NCBI GenBank assembly: GCA_964247055.1 | Contig: OZ176056.1 | Coordinates: 992,001 to 1,056,000, forward strand | DNA length: 64,000 bases | Reading direction: 5' to 3' | Source: Paragordius varius | Lineage: Eukaryota; Animalia; Nematomorpha | Shown: in pieces, positions 57,109 through 64,000 of the stretch | Numbering within the stretch: position 1 is the first letter of the stretch | Layout of the letters: each line of letters starts with the position of its first letter | Translations under genes and position numbers: made by a program | Notes under the pieces: generated by a model | What the model was told of the DNA's origin: nothing | Seen by the model: only the letters and a program-made list of their open reading frames with translations | Databases searched by the model: none

Positions 57109-60100
57109 TATTCATGCTAATATTGGCATGATTCTAATTATAATAAAAGCCTACATAGGGGACACACTTATAACATCATTTTATAAATTATTGATAAGAT
57201 TGGAGCCGCATCATTGTTTCCCGTTTTAGCAAATGTTTAATACACGATAATAAAACAGTTTCTTAAAAAATTGATCTCATGACCACTATATATTTTGTAT
57301 TTTTAAAGAAACAGGGATATTCGTGACTTATATAATCATATATTTGTTGTGGTTTTCCACTGGTAGCCATAATTAATTAACGGTTTAACTAAGAGAAGAT
57401 GTCAGCGAAAAAAACGCACACGATTAATTTAATACAGACTTGATTTAGTTCATCGAGTCCGCTAGAAAGGTTGCGGTTTTACATTCAACATTTGTGCCTG
57501 AAAAAGATTTTGAAGCCCGCTTTTTTTATTTATCAGCAGAAAAAGGCTGATGAAAGTCATTATTTGCTGGAAAAACAAACATATGGTGAACGATCTCTAC
57601 AAATTGAAATATGTGAAAATATTTTGAAAATTTACAGTAAAACTGAAATTATAGGACAAAACGATAAAGAATATTTTTTAAAAAAAGACAACCATACTTT
57701 TAAATCATGATTTATTTCAATATAACTCATTGTTATGGCAACGTGTAAAATAGATTCATATACAACTAACACAATCAATTCTATATTTTACAATTGTAAC
57801 TAAATAGCTTATATGAGAAAAATTTATATATAAAGTAGTATGGTTGTCTTTTAGAAAAAAATATTTGCTTTTATATTTTTACCTTTTGTCTGTATAATTT
57901 TAATTTTACTGTAAAAGTTATGATCTCAATGTGAAAGAGAGTGATCACTCTCGTAGACCACATGACTGCGAAGACGATAGTGCAAGAGTTATTGGATAAT
58001 AACCCAACTCAAGCTCCAGAGCCATTGACAGAAGCATTTTGCATGTATCGCAAAAAATAATTAGCAATAAACTCGTAAATGGGTCCAACATAGTTTGAAT
58101 AAAGTTAAATTTAAATACGCAAAATGGCTTGTGAAATTCTACTTCAAACTCCTATAAAGAAACCGCTTTTTCATTGAATTGGAAGGGTATGAGTGAGAGT
58201 TGGGTTTAGTATAAATTCAAAGCGGATAAAAGCTAAATCGTTTAGGCAAGTAAACCATGCTCTGTGTTAGTGGAATCCGAACGATACTGTCCGGTGAAAC
58301 CGTTCAACGCTATCGTCAACAAATGATTAGTATTAACTATTTAAACGAAAAACAACTGAAACAGAAGACATAGTAAAGTAATTCTGCTGCATGACAACCC
58401 GTTTCTCATAGCAAATACGTATAAGACACTCGAAATGGCGATAAGAAATTCTTTCGCCTCCGTTAAACCAGTGGTACTCAACAAAAAAATGTAAAGGGCC
58501 GCAAAAAATATTTAACTTGTCTTATGGGGCGCGCACCATATAAGATATTTATACCCAAAATAACTGTATAAAAAAATAATATATAATTCAGGGCCATGTG
58601 AATAAACACTTTTATGGCCGCGGTTTGAGTATCACTTCGTTAAACTCTCCTGACCTAGTGCTATCTAATGCATCTTTGCTTCGATGGGGCACACCCTCTA
58701 ATAATTTCGAAGATATGGAAAAATGGGATTTCGCAATAAACACTCAGTTTTTCTGACACGGCATTGAGACGGAGGGAAATATTTAGAAGCCGATCGACAA
58801 TATTTTAATTAAAATAAATAATTCATTTCCTTTATTAATAATATTTTTTTGCTCAAAGACTAAAATCTAATTACACCTGGTATATTATAACAAAAATTAG
58901 ACTTTTAGATAATTTATAATAAAAAAACCATCTAACCCATTAAACGGAATCTAACCCAAAGCAAATCATTTGGGAAAATATATTACTAAGTGAAATTAAA
59001 CGACCCCGTTTAATGTCCAATAATATTCTAAAAACAAAATATCTTTTGTGTGTAGATTCGGACACAAATCATGCTTTGTTTTCCAATTAATAATTTGATA
59101 CTAGGCTTATAATATATATAAATTTAAAATTTTCGCAGGGCATCAAATTTTAACAATTGTCAGGGAGTGGGTTGTCCGACCTACACTGTCTTATGCGACA
59201 GAAACGCAATATTCGAAGTCCGTTCCTATGATGGCCCTACCTTATGGGCTGTAACACTTGTAAGAAAACCTTTGAGGCTTAAAACTGTAGAATCAAGTTT
59301 TCCTGAAATCTCCAATTTCATTAAAGGTTTAATTTATCATTATATCTTCAATACTGAAAATTTTAAAACTATTTTTCCCTTTTTGTAAAAAATTTTAAAA
59401 ATAATCATAACATATTTGAAATTTTTTCACAAAACAATAAGCTAAAAAGAACATTTAACATAAGTTAAACGATAATAAATACTATTTAATGGTTGACTTA
59501 AACTAATGTGACTAGATATTTTGAACTTTGACGCAGTACAAAATTAAAACATGCTTTGCTTGTTTTTACACCAACGGTGTGGTATAAAACAGTTTCCACA
59601 AAAAATATCCAGATGAAATATATATATTCAGATAGGAAAATATCATGGTGCTTTTGGTTTAAATTGTTAGACGTGGGCTCTGAAAATCCCAAATTTTTGG
59701 CTCGTTTAAAATGGACTGTTCTCTTACAGAAAACGCCCGATATTGTGCAATATTTTTAAATATATGCTAAAATTTGATATCAACTAATATATTTTTAAAT
59801 GAATGCATACTTTCAAAAATTTAATTTTTAACAAAATTTTGTTGAAGCGTACTTCATACTATTTTCAGCATGAAGGAAACGATATAAATGGATAAGATGT
59901 TATAACACTTTATACATATAATTCGATAATGTACGTTTTTCTCGCTCAGAATTATTGTTTTTTACAAAAATTCACCAAAATTTGCAAGCAAACAAACCTT
60001 TAAATTAAAATTCTCAACCTATACCAATGTTCAACATCATCAAATTACTTAGAAAAAGGGATTTATTATATCTTAAAGAGTTATATCGTTTCCATCGTGT

Positions 60101-62271
60101 TTCATAGAGTGAATATCTCAAATTTGTTTATGTAAAAAAATAAGAAAACTAATAAAAATTAAAGTTTAGGAAAAAAAATAATAAATATTAAACCTCCCAC
60201 CTAATGAGTATAGAGAACGTGAAAAACTCTTAATTTTACGGGAATACAATTTTGTATATAATTTTCCGTTTGATTATTTAACTAAAAATGAACTTTCCAA
60301 AATCAAACATTTATGAAAATATCATAAATTAATTTTGTAATTGAATTTTGAGGCACCCCTTTTTGCGGAAGCCCTGAGTGAAAGAGTCATTAGCCTGAAT
60401 CTTACGGTAGTCCGAGATTTATTGTTTCGCCACTGAGCGAGAGGCTGCAATCATAAGCGGTGTGACCGATCCAAAATCCAATTTTTAGAATAATTAGAGC
60501 AGAAAATAAAATATTAACCAATTAAAAATAGGCCAATCTTAGTTTTTTACGGCAAAATGAACCGTTTCTTTACAAATTATGTTATTTTTACAGAGGGTAC
60601 TAAATCAAATTTTAAAATACTTTTTTTTAATTAAAAGTATAATTATTTTAATTTCAAAAAGCAGTACAAAAGTGGGCGCAGTACAGTCGCAGTTTTTTTC
60701 TGAAAATCCAGTACTGTACTGCGAAAAACAGCCTATCTGGTCACATTAACTTAAACTATATAGAACCGGTGACAGTTTCGCGAAATCGGGAAAAATTATT
60801 TTAAAATATAGCAATAATAGGCATTTAAATAAATTTTTGTGGTTTGAAATTTTTTTTCATTGTGTTTAGAGCTAGGGATGGGTTGGAATGTACCAATTTT
60901 AGTGTTAGAGCCACCCAAAGGAAAAGTTAATACTGTTTTTTATTATTTGCCTCTCAACTATCTGCCTCACACCAGAAACTCTAACGTAAATATTTTTAAA
61001 AACTTTACGCTAAAATTTAAAATTTTACAGACCACATGTAAAATATAAAGACAAATACCTTTCAAAAATAATATCACACTTATATAAATCCAATTATAAA
61101 ACACAAAAATGATTTTATTACGAGTATACATATTTCTTTTTAATACTTTGCAATTTAACACAATGAGTCATATAATAATAAAATAATAGTTAAAAAATAT
61201 ACAGCAGTCTTTTACGAAAAAAAATTGTCTTTTGTACGTTTTTTCCGTGTAATTTCAAAAATTCATAGAAAATTAATATTCCTAACATATATATAATATA
61301 TAAAAAAACGCTATAAATTTAGATTAGGTTTGCCCAATTCCCTAAAACAACATATTTCTTTGTGTATAAGCTCCCCGGTTTCGTTCCAATTCAATTTGAT
61401 ACAAGCATGGAATATAGAAATGCCCGCAGTTTGTTGGAACTTTACGGAGTACCTCTAAGGGATCAAAATTATTATGTGGCGGGATTCAATGCGTATATTT
61501 GGCTTTTAAAAACTCGATTTTTCTGATATCTTAGTTAAAAGATAACCTAATATTTGAAATGTTTTGGCCCATTAAAAATAAAAGATATTTTGGTATTTAA
61601 TGGTTAATTTTAAAAAAAAATGATAAATTACCAGTTATGATGCAATATAGCGGGTAACTTTGTAGATCCAAAATTATAAAAACATATGAAAATTGGATGT
61701 TTGTGTTTAAAGTGCCTTTGTTTAAAATTTTCTACCATTCAATTTTTGATTATTGCAAATATATTAAAAAATAATATAGCTTAATCAACTTTTTAAATAA
61801 CACATATTGGAGCTATTGATAATTCTATGTTTTAAAATATTCATTAGATTAAGTTTGATTCAAATTTGCAGCATGTTTTTATATCCAACCAATAATTAAT
61901 AAAAATGCTAGTAAAACGCCACACCTCAAAATCATATTACATCTAATTGGGTATTTGACATTATTTTCCTCTTTAAGAAATCGAAAATTTATTACTTGTG
62001 CCATATAATTTTAAGATAATATTTTTCTGCAAATCTTTAGTTTATCGCATCTTAGATAACAATGTATAAAATTATTGGAAATTACGCACCAAAATAGTTA
62101 TATACACGATTAATATAAAGGTTTACATATAATCTCGATATCTACTAAATATATTTCTTGTTTTTTTAATTTAGACCCGTACATTTTATTAACCGAAAAA
62201 ATGAATTATGGATTCCAATTAGCCAAGCAGATGCTCTACTAATTTGCAATCAACCAATGCGAAAACTGTGA
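56843..62271 (+). CDS. SOUL/haem-binding protein family member with N-terminal signal peptide, ~221 aa
   Basis: Exons 56843-56937, 59139-59326, 60870-60985, 61323-61492, 62175-62271 (666 nt, phases match). Motifs CPTYTVL..FEVRSY...WAVT, FPEISNFIK, VPILV, TVFYYLP, YYVAGFNAP..NRKNELWI. Hydrophobic N-terminus MPYPNIIFSILIISIIQYFS. Confidence 0.85.
57635..57911. mobile_element. Tc1/mariner-type MITE family C (~250-280 bp), the most abundant repeat in the window
   Basis: TA|CAGTAAAA(A/C)TGAAATTATA(C/G)GGACAAAA ... TTTTGTC(C/T)GTATAATTT..TTTTACTG|TA. Other copies at ~20533-20779, 21417-21659, 22684-22903, 34331-34990, 37525-37910, 42834-43040, 49936-50208, 55580-55828. Confidence 0.85.
58469..58637. 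mobile_element. 169-bp hAT MITE, deletion derivative of the 31466-33753 family
   Basis: Same termini (CAGTGGTACTCAAC ... GGCCGCGGTTTGAGTATCACTT); 8-bp TSD CGTTAAAC on both sides. Confidence 0.88.
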
Positions 62272-62367
62272 AAAATATTTTTTAAATTCAGATATCGCCC
62301 TGATTACAAAAACAAAAATAAAATTATAGTTTCATCTAATTTATGGATATGTCAAAAATTGCGTTTT

Positions 62368-63168
62368 TTATTCATATGACAGTTTTAAATCAACATTGGC
62401 TTCTTTGAGTTTGTTGGACATGACATAATCAAAAACGGTATTATCCGATCCGGTAAAATAATTTTTCCAATCACCAATGATACCTAACATATAAAATTAT
62501 AATATGAATGAAAAGGCTAACCCGACAAAATATAAATTTACGTCGGATTTATTCTAAATGATTAAGGAAAAGAGATAATATTTTCATTTTTTAACATTCA
62601 CACTTGTAAAATGGATCAATTAACACTGACTGTTTATATTACCAAATTTAACAGTTTAACTGCTTCTGGCAACCGGCTTTTTGACGGTTTATTTTTTATC
62701 ATTTAATTCTCAGATAAATGGCATATTAAAAAATTCCATTTAAAAAGTCCAAATTTTGAGTTAAATAAAACACTATTTAATATTTTTGTAAAAATACCTT
62801 TTCGCATAAAACTCCCCTTGGTTTTATCGAAGATAGGGATCCAAGCTCGATTGACTAAAGGATTAATTTTCATGGAATCAAACGTGGAATTTTCAAATAT
62901 TTGTTGAATAGTCTGGGCGAAGTTTATTTGGCACAGTTTCTCTGGTTCAAAAATAAATTCTGCCAATTCTTGAATAATTTGTGGCAAATTCTGTATTTAT
63001 CAATCAAAATTTTATTTCAAAAACAATATTTTTGAAATAAACAACATCATTTTTTTGAAAATTAAATATGTCTAACCTTAACCATATCCTCGTAGTGTAT
63101 CATAAACATGTTATTAAATGGCTTTTGACAGTACGATCTTACATGTTCGACCCATGATCCATTTAAAA
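62368..63168 (-). CDS. Cytosolic sulfotransferase (SULT1-like), last three exons; 5' exons not found, probably beyond the window end
   Basis: Exons 63168-63077 (LNGSWVEHVRSY..MIHYEDMVK), 62990-62798 (NLPQIIQELAEFI..STFDSMKINP..FMRK), 62483-62368 (GIIGDWKNYFTGSDN..*). The spliced RKG|IIGDWKNYF is the PAPS-binding RKGxxGDWKNxF motif. Confidence 0.9.
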
Positions 63169-63769
63169 CTGGATAAAAATATATTTGATTTAAATAATAT
63201 GAAATGTACTAGCGTAAATATCGACTTCTTGGGTGAAAAAAGGGATCAAAAATTTTGTGATCCATATATTTGGATTATTTCGAAACATAATTTTATAGTT
63301 GTCTCATAGGATCAAAACTGTGCATTCATACTAATATTAGTGTGAAGGCCCCAAATCGACGGCTTACGGAAAAAACCGCTGCAAAACTTTTAACTTTTTA
63401 TTCTTTATTGAACTCGTATGGATTCTTAAGATTTTGAAAATGAGCTCCAAAACCACGCCATTTTTATATGTCGTCTCATCTTTAAACCATTAGACCCCTA
63501 CCATAACATATATGGAAAAAGCGCTGAGTTAAATTCTTTGCCTATGGCAAATTCATGGAATCATCGATGATACCTTCGTCTCATGAACGAAAAATACCTC
63601 AACACTCAATAATCGTGTGCAAATTAACGGCGAATAAAAAGAACGCCTGACCTTAATTTTTACCTAGTTACGGATAATATTTTCAGCTTTCAATAAGCTT
63701 ATGTGGCTTCTAAAATTTTATTTAATTTAGCTCCAAAACAACGCATTTTCTATATAGTGGTCCAGTTTT

Positions 63770-64000
63770 TGGGGGGTAGTCCGAGGCTAATATAAAAAAG
63801 ACGCTGGATTAAAAATTTTGCCTTTATCGGGGAATACCTGGAATCATCATTCATTTCATATGCTTTTAATATTTTTTGGAAGAATGGCTTGAAAATTAAA
63901 GATAGTTCAATGATAGCTCATTTTTTAGGGCGTAAAGGCCTAAATAACGGCTAATTTAAAAAATATCGACTTAAATTTTTGCCTTTTTATGGGTAATATT
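63770..64000. repeat. Partial relative of the Helitron internal sequence
   Basis: Shares aaattttgccttt..ggaatac and gggcctaaat motifs with 40180-41100. Confidence 0.5.

Larger units (their letters stand above)
57440..58880 (+). mobile_element. Decayed mariner (Mos1/mauritiana-like) transposon in intron 1 of the SOUL gene, interrupted by two MITEs
   Basis: Broken frames read TFVPEK, KKADESHYLL..TYGE, FKSYD, QELLDNNPTQ, WVQHSL, RYRQQM, LLHDN, PPLNSPDL, FASMGH, GKYLE. Right end TTACACCTGG|TA matches a Mos1-type TIR. Left TIR not seen, so the start is approximate. Confidence 0.85.

Noticed and set aside
60677-60723. 11-bp inverted repeat CGCAGTACAGT/ACTGTACTGCG as a pre-miRNA
   Set aside because: Stem too short with a 25-nt loop; more likely a MITE remnant.

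Overview
Very AT-rich animal (metazoan) genomic DNA, not prokaryotic: no rRNA, tRNA or CRISPR array was seen. Splicing exons by hand (GT/GC-AG, phase-checked) gives eight genes: CtBP (-, 8 exons, ~1432 aa), a bestrophin (+, 15 exons, ~1040 aa), a MESR3-like WH1/EVH1-like + CRIB-like protein (-, ~1024 aa), PRMT3 (-, 9 exons), B4GALT7 (+, 5 exons), TOLLIP (-, 6 exons, one in-frame TGA), a secreted SOUL/haem-binding protein (+, 5 exons) and the last three exons of a cytosolic sulfotransferase (-). Introns and intergenic DNA hold MITE families, hAT and mariner fossils and a composite Helitron. Highlights: (1) the CtBP keeps its PXDLS-binding lobe but has lost the NAD(H)-binding and catalytic residues and gained a ~820-aa prion-like tail; (2) four 28-32-nt introns coexist with kb-size TE-filled introns, PRMT3 and B4GALT7 start codons are head-to-head with almost no spacer, and poly(A) hexamers sit on or next to stop codons, suggesting a miniaturised genome that re-expanded; (3) a tandem array made from a PRMT3 exon/intron junction carries a Helitron; (4) TOLLIP has a TGA at a conserved Trp. 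All family calls come from remembered motifs, not database searches. The organism cannot be identified from the sequence alone.
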